The notes below the pieces were generated by a model. The model searched no databases, was not told the DNA's origin, and saw only the letters and a program-made list of their open reading frames with translations. A stretch of 64,000 bases of DNA from the NCBI GenBank assembly GCA_944376605.1, contig CALWDE010000004.1, positions 102,359 to 166,358 of the forward strand, in the 5' to 3' direction. The position numbers and the translations under genes are program-made. Shown piece after piece: positions 9,589 to 20,042 of this stretch; within the stretch, counting starts at the first letter, position 1, and each line of letters opens with the position of its first letter. This stretch comes from an uncultured Bacilli bacterium (lineage in GTDB: Bacteria; Bacillota_I; Bacilli_A; RFN20; CAG-826).

Positions 9589-10050
9589 TTACTTCTCCTC
9601 CTCAATGTGAACACTGACAGTGCCAATTACTTGACCAGCGCTTCCTTTATAAAGTTCAATTTTCAAACGGGTATAACCAAAAGCGTTCGCAGGATATTTA
9701 TCGATAAACTTTCTTTTATCAATGGTGATACCCCACTGCTTTTTCATTCCTTCTTCGATTTCTTTGGGAGAAATTGTGCCAAACATTCTTCCATCTTTCC
9801 CTGCTTTTGCAGTGAATTTTACTTCAATATGTTCTAGTCTTTTGGCAATCTCTTCCGCTTCTTCTTTTAAAGCAACTTGCCGTTTGGCTTCTTGGGCTTC
9901 TTCCGCTTTTAAGCGGTTTAAAGATTCAGGAGAAGCTAAAACTGCAAGACCTCGAGGAATTAAAAAGTTTGCCCCATATCCATCAGATACTTGGACTACT
10001 TCTCCCTTCTTTCCTACCCCTTTGACATCTTTTAACATAATAATTTGCAT
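9589..10050 (-). CDS. rplI: 50S ribosomal protein L9
   Basis: MQIIMLKDVKGVGKKGEVVQVSDGYGANFLIPRGLA. Strong RBS AAGGAG upstream of the ATG at 10050; the longer ORF-track start would overlap gdpP. Confidence 0.9.
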   Translation of the reverse strand: MQIIMLKDVKGVGKKGEVVQVSDGYGANFLIPRGLAVLASPESLNRLKAEEAQEAKRQVALKEEAEEIAKRLEHIEVKFTAKAGKDGRMFGTISPKEIEEGMKKQWGITIDKRKFIDKYPANAFGYTRLKIELYKGSAGQVIGTVSVHIEEEK

Positions 10051-10063
10051 ATACTTCTCCTTT

Positions 10064-12130
10064 CTATTTTTCGCTTTGTAATCCTTCACTTGTTGTTGCA
10101 GAAACTAAATGTTCATCAAGCACTCCTTGCAAAGCAATTTTGACCTCATGAATAGTTTTAGCAGGACATACATCATTAGGAAATTTGCATCCTGACATTT
10201 GGAAGTGGCCACCTCCTCCAAGCTTTTCCGAAAGAAGCTGTACGTTAATCGTTCCATCACTTCTTCCGGATAAAGAAATACTTTGCGAGTCAATTTTTCC
10301 CGCAACAAAACAAGCATGAACATCTTTAATTTGCATGATTTGGTTCGCAGCTTTTGCAAGACTTGCTCTTTGAACAATATCTTTTTCATCTAAAGCACAC
10401 CAAATCACTCCTGTTGTGAGTGTAACAGCAGAAGCAAGAATTCTTGTTGTGAGATTAAACTCTTCTAATCCGTCTTTTAAGAACTCGTCTGCGCGGGCGT
10501 TATCTGCCCCATAATCTTTTAAAACTTCAGAAGCTTCAAAAGTCATCGCACCAGTCGCTTTGCTCTTAAAATAATTGGAATCTAAGAAAATACCAGACAG
10601 CATAATCGTTGCAGAGGCAGAAGGAAGATCAATTTTAGGATTAGCAGTTGCGTAGCGAATAAGCATGGCAATCAGTTCAGAGGCAGAAGAAGCGCTAGGC
10701 TCAATTTGTGATAAAACAGGATGCTCGATAAACTTCTGACTTCTACGGTGATGATCAATCACAACGACCTTATTACTTTGTTCTAAAAGCTTAGGATTTA
10801 ACGTTCTTTCTGGATCAGAAACGTCCACAACCACAACTAAGGTGGTTGCCTTACATTCTTTTAAGGCTGCTTCAGGAGCGATCGTCATCTTATTAAATTC
10901 TTCTTTGGAATAAGAACTACAGAAAGCAAGTCTCGCCTTCGTTTCAAACCGTTTTTGATTGTAGAGAATTTGGCATTTAATCTTCTTTTCTTTGCTATTT
11001 GCGTTCACCCAGTCAACAATCGCTTTAATACCAAGGCAACTACCAATCGCATCCATATCTGCCTCTTCATGCCCCATAACTAAAACGTTCGAAGAACTCT
11101 TAATTAAAGAAACAAGAGAATCTGCAATTGCGCGGTATTTTACTTTCGAAGTTGCTTCTTGCGCCACCGTCTTTCCACCAAAGAAACGGAACTCATGTCC
11201 AAACTGTGAAACAATTACTTGGTCACCACCTCTAGACATCGCAATATCTAAAGCGGTCGCGGCCATATCATTTAAACGAATAATATCTGGCATATCGTAA
11301 GCAAAGCCGCACGACAGAGTGAGACGATTAACATCGCCTTTTACCTTCTCTCTTACCTCATCTAAAATCTTAAAACCATCTTCTTCCATTTTTCTTAAAT
11401 GAGCAGCGTTAGTGATACAAAAATAAGAAGAACTTCTTACTCTGCGTAGCACCGCTCCATTGTTACGGAAATAAGTGGTAATTAAACTGCGGATTTCATT
11501 AATAGCGTCTGCAGTTTCGTCCGTATCTCCAACTGAATCATTAAAGTTATCAATAGAAATGATGCCAATTACTAAAGTCTGGTCTCTGTTATAAGCCAAA
11601 GCTTGTTCTACTTCTGTAATATCTTTGAGAATAAACATTCTAGGATCAGATAAAAAGCAAGCGCTATAAATGGCTCCGCCAAGTTCTACCTTAACCGATT
11701 TTGTAGAAGGACCATTCACCAAAGGGCGTAAATCAGGAATAGAAGAGAAAACTTCTGTATCGATCAAATCAATTTGTCTTTCGTGAAATAAACTGCTCGA
11801 CCATAAAACGACGTTATCTTCATCTACAATGATGATGCCAACTTGGCCAAAATCATATGCTTCTTGTAAATCACTACCAATTAAGGAAGCTGCAGTAAAA
11901 TCACTTCTTGTCCTTACTTTTGCTAAATGCGACAAGGCGAAAAAGAACAAAAGACAATCGATAATTAGGAACAAGCCAAGTCCGCCTGCAAGAAACATCA
12001 AAGAATATCGCAAACTTTGAAAGCCATATAAATCAAAATAGTAAAAGACAAGCGCAATCGCAGAAACGACCGCTTCGAATAGCACAATCGCTAAGGCTGT
12101 TATCCGGTATTTACGAAGACTATCAATCAT
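10064..12130 (-). CDS. gdpP: Cyclic-di-AMP phosphodiesterase GdpP (DHH/DHHA1 family)
   Basis: 2 N-terminal TMs, a PAS/GGDEF-like middle region, DHH motif GHEEADMDAIGS and C-terminal GGGH (DHHA1). Conserved gdpP-rplI-dnaB order. Confidence 0.85.
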   Translation of the reverse strand: MIDSLRKYRITALAIVLFEAVVSAIALVFYYFDLYGFQSLRYSLMFLAGGLGLFLIIDCLLFFFALSHLAKVRTRSDFTAASLIGSDLQEAYDFGQVGIIIVDEDNVVLWSSSLFHERQIDLIDTEVFSSIPDLRPLVNGPSTKSVKVELGGAIYSACFLSDPRMFILKDITEVEQALAYNRDQTLVIGIISIDNFNDSVGDTDETADAINEIRSLITTYFRNNGAVLRRVRSSSYFCITNAAHLRKMEEDGFKILDEVREKVKGDVNRLTLSCGFAYDMPDIIRLNDMAATALDIAMSRGGDQVIVSQFGHEFRFFGGKTVAQEATSKVKYRAIADSLVSLIKSSSNVLVMGHEEADMDAIGSCLGIKAIVDWVNANSKEKKIKCQILYNQKRFETKARLAFCSSYSKEEFNKMTIAPEAALKECKATTLVVVVDVSDPERTLNPKLLEQSNKVVVIDHHRRSQKFIEHPVLSQIEPSASSASELIAMLIRYATANPKIDLPSASATIMLSGIFLDSNYFKSKATGAMTFEASEVLKDYGADNARADEFLKDGLEEFNLTTRILASAVTLTTGVIWCALDEKDIVQRASLAKAANQIMQIKDVHACFVAGKIDSQSISLSGRSDGTINVQLLSEKLGGGGHFQMSGCKFPNDVCPAKTIHEVKIALQGVLDEHLVSATTSEGLQSEK

Positions 12131-12142
12131 AGCAAGGGATAT

Positions 12143-12171
12143 TATAAACGAAAGGCACCTTAAGGTGCCTC
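12143..12171 (-). terminator. Rho-independent terminator after lipoprotein gene
   Basis: Perfect hairpin AGGCACC-TTAA-GGTGCCT followed by a U-rich stretch on the minus strand. Confidence 0.6.
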
Positions 12172-12207
12172 TAAAGCGTTATAAGAAAGAGAATTCTCTT
12201 CTTTTTT

Positions 12208-12945
12208 TCAATCAATAGAAGAAATTTGCGGATAAACAAAAGGCCTGTAATTACTTTCTATTCCTTCTTTTAATGCTTCGTATAACTGGTGACGAACTAC
12301 AGCAACCTCTTCCGCAGTAGCCTCTTCTAAGTCAGAGGCTTCATCATGGAAAGGTGAAATAGCGTTGGAATAGAAACGAGGATCTCTTGTGTAATAAGAA
12401 AGTAGTGCCTCCTCATCTAAAAGGTCACCGGAATAAAGCTCTTTGTCATCCTGGAGCAAGAAGGAAAGCGTATAAGCCCCATGAGAAGGAGTCACAACCG
12501 CAACTTGAAACAAATAACAAAATAAGCGCATGCATTCATTCGAATTTGCATGCTCTTCCCATAAATTAATATCTGGTATTGTGCAGTCAAAAAAGCAAGG
12601 ATCTACGCCAAATACACGGTAGTAAGGTGTATAGCCTTCAGGAAAAGTCGGCTCAACAAAAGGGACCGAATAGACATTTGCTTCCTCATAGTTTGTTTCT
12701 CGTAAGTTATCTACATTTTCCTTGCAAAAATTATATATTTTTCCGAAATTTTCAACAGGACGAATGTTCGAACGATAAATCCCTACTGCCCCCACATCAC
12801 AAATAGAATCGCTAGAAGTATTAGAAACTGTGGAAGAAAGAGAAGAGCCACATCCTGCAAACATCAAAGAAGAAAGGCATAAGACGAGAATGAGAGAAGT
12901 TCTTTCTTTTCTTAACATATCAGTCCCCTTTTGAAAAGAAATCAA
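12208..12945 (-). CDS. Hypothetical lipoprotein
   Basis: LILVLCLSSLMFAGCGSS signal peptide with lipobox; Cys-rich mature part. The start may be the internal Met at ~12918. Confidence 0.55.
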   Translation of the reverse strand: MISFQKGTDMLRKERTSLILVLCLSSLMFAGCGSSLSSTVSNTSSDSICDVGAVGIYRSNIRPVENFGKIYNFCKENVDNLRETNYEEANVYSVPFVEPTFPEGYTPYYRVFGVDPCFFDCTIPDINLWEEHANSNECMRLFCYLFQVAVVTPSHGAYTLSFLLQDDKELYSGDLLDEEALLSYYTRDPRFYSNAISPFHDEASDLEEATAEEVAVVRHQLYEALKEGIESNYRPFVYPQISSID

Positions 12946-13020
12946 GAAAGTTTATTTTTTCTTTTTATGAATAGTTATTTCTTTTCATACCTCATTTTAT
13001 CTCTCTCTAGAAAATAAAAA

Positions 13021-13617
13021 TTATTTTTCTAATTCATAATTTTCATTAACGCGAATCAATATAGCCCGGTCACTATGCACCTTCATCGCTTGCGTAATAT
13101 CAATGTCCCTACCTACATGCATATGCATGGGTACAAGATGCTTGCAATCAATAATCTCTGCAGCCTTAGCGGCGTCCTCTGGGCTCATTGTGTAAAAGCC
13201 GTCAATAGGCAATAAAGCGTAATCAATGTGTTTCTCTTTTAAGTTTTTCATCTCAGGAATTAAATCCGTATCACCCGCGTGATAAATCGTAAAACCGTCT
13301 ACCTGAATGATGTAACCTACCGTTTCTTCTTTTTTATGATGGGAGTTATAGGCTGGTACAGCCTCAATGTGAAAACCAAAATAATCAAAGGAACGGTAAA
13401 TCCCTCCATCTAGAGCTTGTGCTACACGGATTACAACCGTCTGACTCTTACGCTTAATCTTTTCAATCGCGTTATGATCATAATGTTCGTGGGTAATTAA
13501 AACTAAATCCGCAGGGGTTTCATAGCCAACTCCCGCATAAGGGTCAATAAAACATACCCTTCCATCATTAGAAGTGATTCTCCAAGAAGCGTGCCCTTGA
13601 TAAAAAAGTTTAGTCAT
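13021..13617 (-). CDS. MBL-fold metallo-hydrolase (COG2220-like)
   Basis: ITHEHYDH (HxHxDH) and downstream His/Asp ligands (HAGDTD, MHMH). Confidence 0.65.
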   Translation of the reverse strand: MTKLFYQGHASWRITSNDGRVCFIDPYAGVGYETPADLVLITHEHYDHNAIEKIKRKSQTVVIRVAQALDGGIYRSFDYFGFHIEAVPAYNSHHKKEETVGYIIQVDGFTIYHAGDTDLIPEMKNLKEKHIDYALLPIDGFYTMSPEDAAKAAEIIDCKHLVPMHMHVGRDIDITQAMKVHSDRAILIRVNENYELEK

Positions 13618-14278
13618 TGTCCTTCTCCTTTTGGTAATGAAGCAGTTCCCCTTTTAAGTATCCTTCTTTGTAGGAAGAAGGAAAGAATTTTTCAGGTAAA
13701 AAGAAAATCTCTTTTGATAGATTGGGCGCACAAACAACAAGGTTGTAGCCAAGATGAAAAGAAGATATATGCGTAAGAATCCAGTCTGTCACGGACAAAT
13801 AAACAGGAAAGCGTTTTTCTATCGAAGAAGGAATTTCAAAGTATTTAGGACGCGATAAAGGTTCTCTTACATAATGGATTAATTGATTTTCTTCTTTTGT
13901 AAGACCTTCAATTTTTCCTTTTAAATCCCCTATCTTTTTTGCAATTTCTTCTAATATTTCAGGATTATCTTGTAACGATAAAGAAGGAGAGAATAAAACC
14001 CAAACAGGATGTTCCATACTTCCTCTATGAAACTCCCATTCCTGAAAAGCGTAAGCAAGATAAATATGTCCTTCATGAAAAAGTTTCTTCCTCTTGTAGT
14101 AATCTGCTGTCAGAAAACCAAGCATCTTATTACGGAAAGTTAAACGATTTGTTAAAAAGGCATCGTCTTTTTTAGAAAAAGTGGTTCTTTTTTCTAAAAA
14201 CTCTTTCTCCGCTTTTTGAACTTCTTCCTTCAAATTCATAAAAAGATTATGCCTATCCTTTCTTTTTAAGTGAAGCAC
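13610..14278 (-). CDS. Hypothetical protein, overlaps and is co-transcribed with the MBL hydrolase gene
   Basis: 8-nt overlap with the downstream MBL gene. No recognisable motif. The start is likely the internal Met near 14239. Confidence 0.45.
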   Translation of the reverse strand: MLHLKRKDRHNLFMNLKEEVQKAEKEFLEKRTTFSKKDDAFLTNRLTFRNKMLGFLTADYYKRKKLFHEGHIYLAYAFQEWEFHRGSMEHPVWVLFSPSLSLQDNPEILEEIAKKIGDLKGKIEGLTKEENQLIHYVREPLSRPKYFEIPSSIEKRFPVYLSVTDWILTHISSFHLGYNLVVCAPNLSKEIFFLPEKFFPSSYKEGYLKGELLHYQKEKDND

Positions 14279-14322
14279 TACTGATTTAGTGATACATTGC
14301 TCCCTAGAAATGGAGGTAATTC

Positions 14323-15726
14323 ATGGTTAGTAAAAATCTCGCATTACTCACATTGAACGCAGCTTTAGCAACCGGCGGAGATTATGCTGAACTTTATGTA
14401 GAAGATACTCGAGAAGAGAGAATGTCTCTTGATACAGGAAAGATGGAATATTCTACTCATCGCAACACTTATGGAGCAGGCATACGCATTTTAAAAGGCC
14501 TTCAGTCGGTTTATGGTTATACTTCGGACTTATCAAAAAACGGTCTTTTATCTTTAGCCTCCTCTCTTTCTCTTGCTTTTGAAGGAGAGAGATTAATCGA
14601 GGTAAAAGAGGTAAAAAAGCGTCGCACCCCTAAAATTTGCCCAAGCGTGAATCCTGTAATAGATGTTCCAAGCGAAGAAAAGGCAAATTGTTTAAAAGCG
14701 ATGGATAAAACTGCAAGAGAAGACGAGCGAATTATTCGCACCACTTGCACTTTTTTATCGGAAGAGAGAAAAATAGAAATTTTTAATGCAGAATCTTCTG
14801 TAGCATCCTTTTTCACAAATGAAGAACACCACGCAAGAGTCATTGTTTCTGCAACAGCAAAAGACGACAAAAACATGGAAACCTCTTCCGAAAATTATGG
14901 TATTCATGGAGGGTGGTCCTTTTTCTTAAAGGAATGCGATCCTATTCAGCTTGCCAAAAAGGCTGCAAAAACCGCTATAGCTTTATTAACAGCAAAAGAA
15001 TGTCCTTCTGGAAAATTCCCTGTTGTTATTGGTAATGGTTGGGGTGGAGTTCTTTTCCATGAAGCTTCCGGTCATGGACTAGAAGCTGCCGCGACAGCAA
15101 AAGGGCAATCTGTTTTTTCTAACTGTATCGGTAAGCAAATTGCTTCTCCCTTAGTTACCGCTTACGACAATGGCGTTATTCCAAATGCTTGGGGAAGCAA
15201 CAATCTTGATTCAGAAGGAATTCCTACAAAGAAAAATTTATTAATCAAAAACGGCATTTGCACTGGTTATCTTGTAGACCGTTTTAATGGAAGAAGATTA
15301 AACATGGCGCCAAATGGTTGTTCTCGTAGAGAGGGTTATTGGTATGAACCTACCTCAAGAATGAGCAATACCTATATTGCGCCCGGAAAGGATGACCCTG
15401 AAGATATTATCCGCGACACCAAACTTGGTTTATATGTTGTTAACTTTGGTGGAGGGTCTGTTGATACTGCAACGGGAGAATTTAACTTCGCTGCCAATGA
15501 GGCCTATATCATTCGAGACGGCAAGGTAGAGGAGTTAGTTAAGGGCTGTATTCTTATAGGAACAGGAAAAGAAGTCCTTATGAACATTGACCGTGTTGGA
15601 AATGATTTAAATTTAGGATGCGGTTTTTGTGGAGCCTCGTCAGGAAGCGTTCCTGTAACTGTTGGACAACCAACTATTCGTGTCAAAGAAATCACAGTAG
15701 GAGGTAGAGGAGGTAAATTACAATGA
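14323..15726 (+). CDS. tldD: Metalloprotease TldD
   Basis: HEASGHGLE (HExxxH) and a Gly-rich C-terminus typical of the TldD/PmbA family. GGAGG RBS. Confidence 0.85.
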   Translation: MVSKNLALLTLNAALATGGDYAELYVEDTREERMSLDTGKMEYSTHRNTYGAGIRILKGLQSVYGYTSDLSKNGLLSLASSLSLAFEGERLIEVKEVKKRRTPKICPSVNPVIDVPSEEKANCLKAMDKTAREDERIIRTTCTFLSEERKIEIFNAESSVASFFTNEEHHARVIVSATAKDDKNMETSSENYGIHGGWSFFLKECDPIQLAKKAAKTAIALLTAKECPSGKFPVVIGNGWGGVLFHEASGHGLEAAATAKGQSVFSNCIGKQIASPLVTAYDNGVIPNAWGSNNLDSEGIPTKKNLLIKNGICTGYLVDRFNGRRLNMAPNGCSRREGYWYEPTSRMSNTYIAPGKDDPEDIIRDTKLGLYVVNFGGGSVDTATGEFNFAANEAYIIRDGKVEELVKGCILIGTGKEVLMNIDRVGNDLNLGCGFCGASSGSVPVTVGQPTIRVKEITVGGRGGKLQ

Positions 15727-17042
15727 ACATAAAAAGATTTTTTGAAGAAGCAAAAAAGGACGGTTTAGAAGAGTGCCAAATTATCATTAATAAATCTTCT
15801 TCTTTCTCTTATACCCTTTATCACGAGAAACTCGATAACTATTCTGTTTCTCAAAGTGAAAAAATGACTGCATCTGGCATTTATCACGGAAAGTATGTGG
15901 CAGCATCTACAGAAAAGTGCAACAACAACGGCCTTACCTATCTAATTCAAACAATGTTAGACGCTTCTGCAGTTGTAGAAAAAGAAAGCGAAATTGGTTT
16001 ATTCCCTGGTTCAAAGAAATATCACAAAAGAAACGTTTATTCTGCAGAGATTTTAGAAACTACTCCTACTTTCAAAATTAACTTAGGTAAGAGGGTAGAA
16101 AGTCTTTTAAAACAAGAAGAAGGAGTCAACGATATTGCCGAAATTTCTTACTCAGAAGAGGATAACCACTCAGAGTTTTATAATTCCTATGGTTTACATT
16201 TAAAAGATAAAGCAAACGACTGGGCATTAGTTGCTTTTGTTTTAGGGAAGGACGGAGAGAGAACAATTGACGCAGGAGATATTTACTTTGGTAACAGTTT
16301 CTCTTCTTTTCACCCAGAAGAGTTTGCGCACAAAATTGGTGAAGAGCTACGAAAAAAGATTGGCGCTACTTCTTATCAAAGCGGCAAATATCCCGTCATT
16401 ATTGATCGAGAAGTTTTTGCTACATTCGTCTCTTCTTATATCCGAACAACATCTGCAGAACTTGTGCAAAAGCATCTCAGTCCTCTGGCAAATCATTTAG
16501 GTGAAAAGATTGCCTCTTCTCGTCTTACTATTGAAGAAAGACCTTTAGATAAGACTATCTTTCATCAATACTTTGATGATGAAGGCGTGGCAACACAAAA
16601 CAAAGCCATCATTAAAAATGGAGTGTTAACCACTTATCTTCATAACCGCGAAACAGCTAAAAAAGACGGAACAGAATCTACTGGAAACGCTGTTCTTGCA
16701 GGAGGAAAGTTGTCCGTCAAAGCGGGTTATCTAAAAGTAAAAGCAGGACACACTTCTCTTGATGAATTAGCTAAAAAAGCAAATAAGGGAGTTTATATTA
16801 CTAGCATTGCCGGATATGGAACTGGGCTCAACCCCTATAATGGCGATTTCTCGTGTCAAGCCCAAGGCTTTGCTATTGAAGAGGGTAAAATCTCTCGCCC
16901 TTTAACGCTGATCACCTTAAGCGGAAATCTTTTACAACTTATGAAGGATATCTTGATGCTAGACTCTAGAGCGAAACTGAATATAAACGCAGTAGAGTGC
17001 CCTGATGTTCTCATTAAAAAACTCTCCATTGGCGGAGAGTAA
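15723..17042 (+). CDS. tldE: TldE/PmbA partner protein
   Basis: TldD/PmbA-family architecture lacking HExxxH. 4-nt overlap with tldD. Confidence 0.8.
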   Translation: MNIKRFFEEAKKDGLEECQIIINKSSSFSYTLYHEKLDNYSVSQSEKMTASGIYHGKYVAASTEKCNNNGLTYLIQTMLDASAVVEKESEIGLFPGSKKYHKRNVYSAEILETTPTFKINLGKRVESLLKQEEGVNDIAEISYSEEDNHSEFYNSYGLHLKDKANDWALVAFVLGKDGERTIDAGDIYFGNSFSSFHPEEFAHKIGEELRKKIGATSYQSGKYPVIIDREVFATFVSSYIRTTSAELVQKHLSPLANHLGEKIASSRLTIEERPLDKTIFHQYFDDEGVATQNKAIIKNGVLTTYLHNRETAKKDGTESTGNAVLAGGKLSVKAGYLKVKAGHTSLDELAKKANKGVYITSIAGYGTGLNPYNGDFSCQAQGFAIEEGKISRPLTLITLSGNLLQLMKDILMLDSRAKLNINAVECPDVLIKKLSIGGE

Positions 17043-17051
17043 CTTATCTAT

Positions 17052-17078
17052 AAAAGGCCGGCAAAACCGGCCTTTTTT
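17052..17078. terminator. Bidirectional rho-independent terminator
   Basis: AAAAGGCCGG-CAAAA-CCGGCCTTTTTT between convergent tldE and the M50-like gene. Confidence 0.7.
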
Positions 17079-17079
17079 C

Positions 17080-18303
17080 TTACTTATCTTCTTTCTCTTC
17101 ACTAGAAGGAGTTTCTTCTGGAGCAGGCGCTTCTTCTTTCTTGTCTGTTACAGGTTCTTCTACGTTATAAGCGGATAAGTCCCAATCAGGATTTGCTTCG
17201 TGAATTAGATGAAGCGCTTCTAAGATTAATTTCTCTTCAATGCTGCGCTTCCCTTGCGGTGATTTACGAATAATGCGGTCTCCGTTATCTAACGCGCGAA
17301 GCGTTTCTTGATAAGATTTATCGAGTAATCCAGAGATGCAAAGGTGCGCTCGCAAAGCAGGCGCGCTATTCATATTAGAAGCGTACTTTTTCGCTTCCAT
17401 GCTCATTTCTTTGTAGGCTTCTTCCCCTTTTTCTTTTTCACCCGCTAGTAAATAAAGAGAGAGCTTTTGACAAGCAGCTTCTTTCAGAAGACGTTCCGAA
17501 ATGCTCTCTTTACTAAGAACGGCTTTGTTTGCAATTTCTGCAGCTTCCACTAGCTTCCCTTCTTCTAATTTACGGTACAAGGTAATGTCATTCACGTTAT
17601 ACGTAAAATCTGTAACTGCGTCGTAAACTTCTACTTCCACAGTAGGTAAACCCATCGCAATTTGATAGTTGCCAAGAAGAAGCTGGTTATACGCGATTCG
17701 GTTCGTTTTATTTGTTAATACCGTTAAAAGATAGCCGTCGTTTTTGCTATCAAGCGCGGCAGGGAAAATATCATATAAATAAAGCATCGCCCCAACCGTG
17801 AGAATAGTAATACAAAACACTTCCCAAGAAATAAGACTTGGATTATCTACTCTAGCCCCATCAAAAATGCCAATCAAAACGCTTAAAGCAATCACCTCAA
17901 CAAGGAATAAAACAAGAGGCATGTACACCATCGCTTGAGGTTTATTTTTTTCAATATTTTTTGGGTAAACGCAAGTTTCTCCTGTTAAACCATCGAAAGA
18001 ATGGAATGAGAAAGAGAACTTTTGATTTTCCTTGTGCCTTGCAAAACAGAAATAAAGGATATTGACCGAATAAATGCCATATCCTCCAATTTTAGCGCCA
18101 AGGATGTGCCCTAGTTCGATAAAGGCGGCATTAGCAAGAAGACCAGCAATAATGGCAATAATGATGAGTAAAATCGGATTCATCACCATTTCAACATCAC
18201 TTTGTCCTTGCACTAAAGGTTGAATAACACCAAAGCCAATACCAATGGCGATGGCAAGCATGGCGATATAGACCACCCAACCAAAGATTTCGTTTTTCTT
18301 CAT
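17080..18303 (-). CDS. Membrane protein with site-2-protease (M50)-like core, degenerate HExxH (IELGH), and C-terminal helical/acidic domain
   Basis: Multi-TM N-terminus. FIELGHILGAK has the M50 HEXXH with the first His replaced by Ile. LDSKNDGYLL resembles the M50 LDG motif. C-terminal soluble domain and acidic tail. Confidence 0.45.
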   Translation of the reverse strand: MKKNEIFGWVVYIAMLAIAIGIGFGVIQPLVQGQSDVEMVMNPILLIIIAIIAGLLANAAFIELGHILGAKIGGYGIYSVNILYFCFARHKENQKFSFSFHSFDGLTGETCVYPKNIEKNKPQAMVYMPLVLFLVEVIALSVLIGIFDGARVDNPSLISWEVFCITILTVGAMLYLYDIFPAALDSKNDGYLLTVLTNKTNRIAYNQLLLGNYQIAMGLPTVEVEVYDAVTDFTYNVNDITLYRKLEEGKLVEAAEIANKAVLSKESISERLLKEAACQKLSLYLLAGEKEKGEEAYKEMSMEAKKYASNMNSAPALRAHLCISGLLDKSYQETLRALDNGDRIIRKSPQGKRSIEEKLILEALHLIHEANPDWDLSAYNVEEPVTDKKEEAPAPEETPSSEEKEDK

Positions 18304-18321
18304 CTTTTCTCCTTTTTCTTT

Positions 18322-19488
18322 TTAGTAGGAAGCGCGATAGATTTCTTCGCATTCCTCTTTTGATAGCGCTTGGTGACAGCGACCAACCGCACGTGTACCG
18401 CTGCCCGTTACTTGATTGGCGAAGCAAGAGAGGTCTTCCTCTTTTACTCCGCATTCTTTTAAGCTTCCTCTTAATGAGAAAGAAGAGGCGAACTCTTTCC
18501 AAGAGTTGATACACATTATAGCGGCCTCTTCTTCATTATTAGATACAACTTGAAACACTTCTTTGCCAAGTAAGGCTAATTTCTTTTGGTTTCGCGCAAA
18601 AGTCACCTTTGCCCAAGCAGGGAATAAAATAGCAATTCCTTCTCCATGAGCAATGTCAGGATAAAAAGCAGAAACAGCGTGCTCTAAGGGATGAATCACA
18701 AAAGATTGAATTTTTCCTACACCAGTAAGGCCATTATGGGCAAAAGAACTTAATAAAAGATGAGAAGAACGCGCTTTGACATCGTGCAAATTATTCCGTA
18801 AGGAAATACCTGCTTGATATAGCTGCTTCACTACCGCTAAAGCAAGGCAGTCCGCGACAGGACTATCTCCTTCTTCAAAATACCTTTCTAAGGAATGCAT
18901 CATAGAATCAATAAGGCCACATCCGGTTTGAAAAAGAGAGACGTCAAGCGTTAAAAGGGGATCTTCAATAGCCATGAAAGGTCGAATTACATCGGAATTA
19001 AAACCGCTTTTGAAATTGTCTTTATAAGAAGAAATCACACAGGAGTCGGAGCATTCAGATCCTGCAGAAGCAATAGTAGGAATTGCTATAACTGGCAATG
19101 ACGCTTTTGCTTCTTCCTTCTTTTTGTTAAAGCGTAAAGGGTCAGAGCCTTTAGAAGCAAGATTAACCGCAATACATTTAGCAACATCAATCACAGAGCC
19201 GCCGCCAATTGCAACAATCGCTTCCACCCCTTCCCCCTTACTAATTTCAAGCCCTTTTTCTACATAAGAAATATCTGGATTTGGTGATATTCCACCACAT
19301 TCAATATAAGAAATTCCATGCAAATCTAGGCTATTTTTTATGATTTTATCAAGTCCAGATCTAATAAAATGTTTTTGTCCATAGACAAGAAGTACTTTTT
19401 TATATTGTGAAAAATAAGAAGCAATATCTTTACTAACTCCTTCACCAAAAATAATTTTTGTTTTAGGGTAAAAGATAAACGGTTCCAT
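18322..19488 (-). CDS. Iron-containing alcohol dehydrogenase family protein
   Basis: GGGSVIDVAKCIA NAD-binding motif and Fe-ADH fold-length protein (388 aa). Confidence 0.8.
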   Translation of the reverse strand: MEPFIFYPKTKIIFGEGVSKDIASYFSQYKKVLLVYGQKHFIRSGLDKIIKNSLDLHGISYIECGGISPNPDISYVEKGLEISKGEGVEAIVAIGGGSVIDVAKCIAVNLASKGSDPLRFNKKKEEAKASLPVIAIPTIASAGSECSDSCVISSYKDNFKSGFNSDVIRPFMAIEDPLLTLDVSLFQTGCGLIDSMMHSLERYFEEGDSPVADCLALAVVKQLYQAGISLRNNLHDVKARSSHLLLSSFAHNGLTGVGKIQSFVIHPLEHAVSAFYPDIAHGEGIAILFPAWAKVTFARNQKKLALLGKEVFQVVSNNEEEAAIMCINSWKEFASSFSLRGSLKECGVKEEDLSCFANQVTGSGTRAVGRCHQALSKEECEEIYRASY

Positions 19489-20042
19489 TAGGCTCTTTCT
19501 TCCTTTGCCATCGCCACTAAAGCGGGATAGAGCTTATCCGCCGCAAGAGAAGCAAACTTCTTCATCCGCTTTTCAAAACGAGCAGGAGTAATGTCTAAAT
19601 CTCTAAAGACAAAGCGGAACTCGTCTTCAATAATTGAACCAATTCTTCTGGCTAAAATTCTTGCTCCTTTTTTATCGAGTGAACCTTGTTCTTTTAAAAC
19701 GGCAATATCAAGGAACTTTGTCATCATTTTAGATAACACAAAACTATCTACAAGGTCGTGAGCGGAAGAGGCATAAGTTGCCTTTAAAAAGGCAAAATGG
19801 TTCTTTGCGTACGCTACCAACTTCAAAATTGCACTTTTAGGATCGTTTGCTCTATCTAAATCAGGAATTTTTTCATCCAAAAAGATTTCCCCAATAAGGT
19901 CATAAATATTCCGGTAATGGTAGTAAAAAGTTTGACGATGAACACCGCACTTTTCACAAAGTGTCGTGACGTTAATTTCATCTAGCGGCATTTGTTCCAT
20001 CATTTGATGTAATGCTTCTTTAAACTTTGCACTCGTTCTCAT
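19488..20042 (-). CDS. TetR-family transcriptional regulator (DhaS-like)
   Basis: N-terminal HTH INVTTLCEKCGVHRQTFYYHYRNIYDL, as in the DhaS/TetR subfamily. Confidence 0.7.
   Translation of the reverse strand: MRTSAKFKEALHQMMEQMPLDEINVTTLCEKCGVHRQTFYYHYRNIYDLIGEIFLDEKIPDLDRANDPKSAILKLVAYAKNHFAFLKATYASSAHDLVDSFVLSKMMTKFLDIAVLKEQGSLDKKGARILARRIGSIIEDEFRFVFRDLDITPARFEKRMKKFASLAADKLYPALVAMAKEERA

Noticed and set aside
9580-10081. Plus-strand ORFs antisense to rplI
   Set aside because: Antisense to a ribosomal protein gene with a strong RBS and conserved sequence.
18197-18514. 105-aa Arg/Lys-rich ORF spanning the M50-like start and ADH end
   Set aside because: It is an out-of-frame read across two real genes with an implausible composition.
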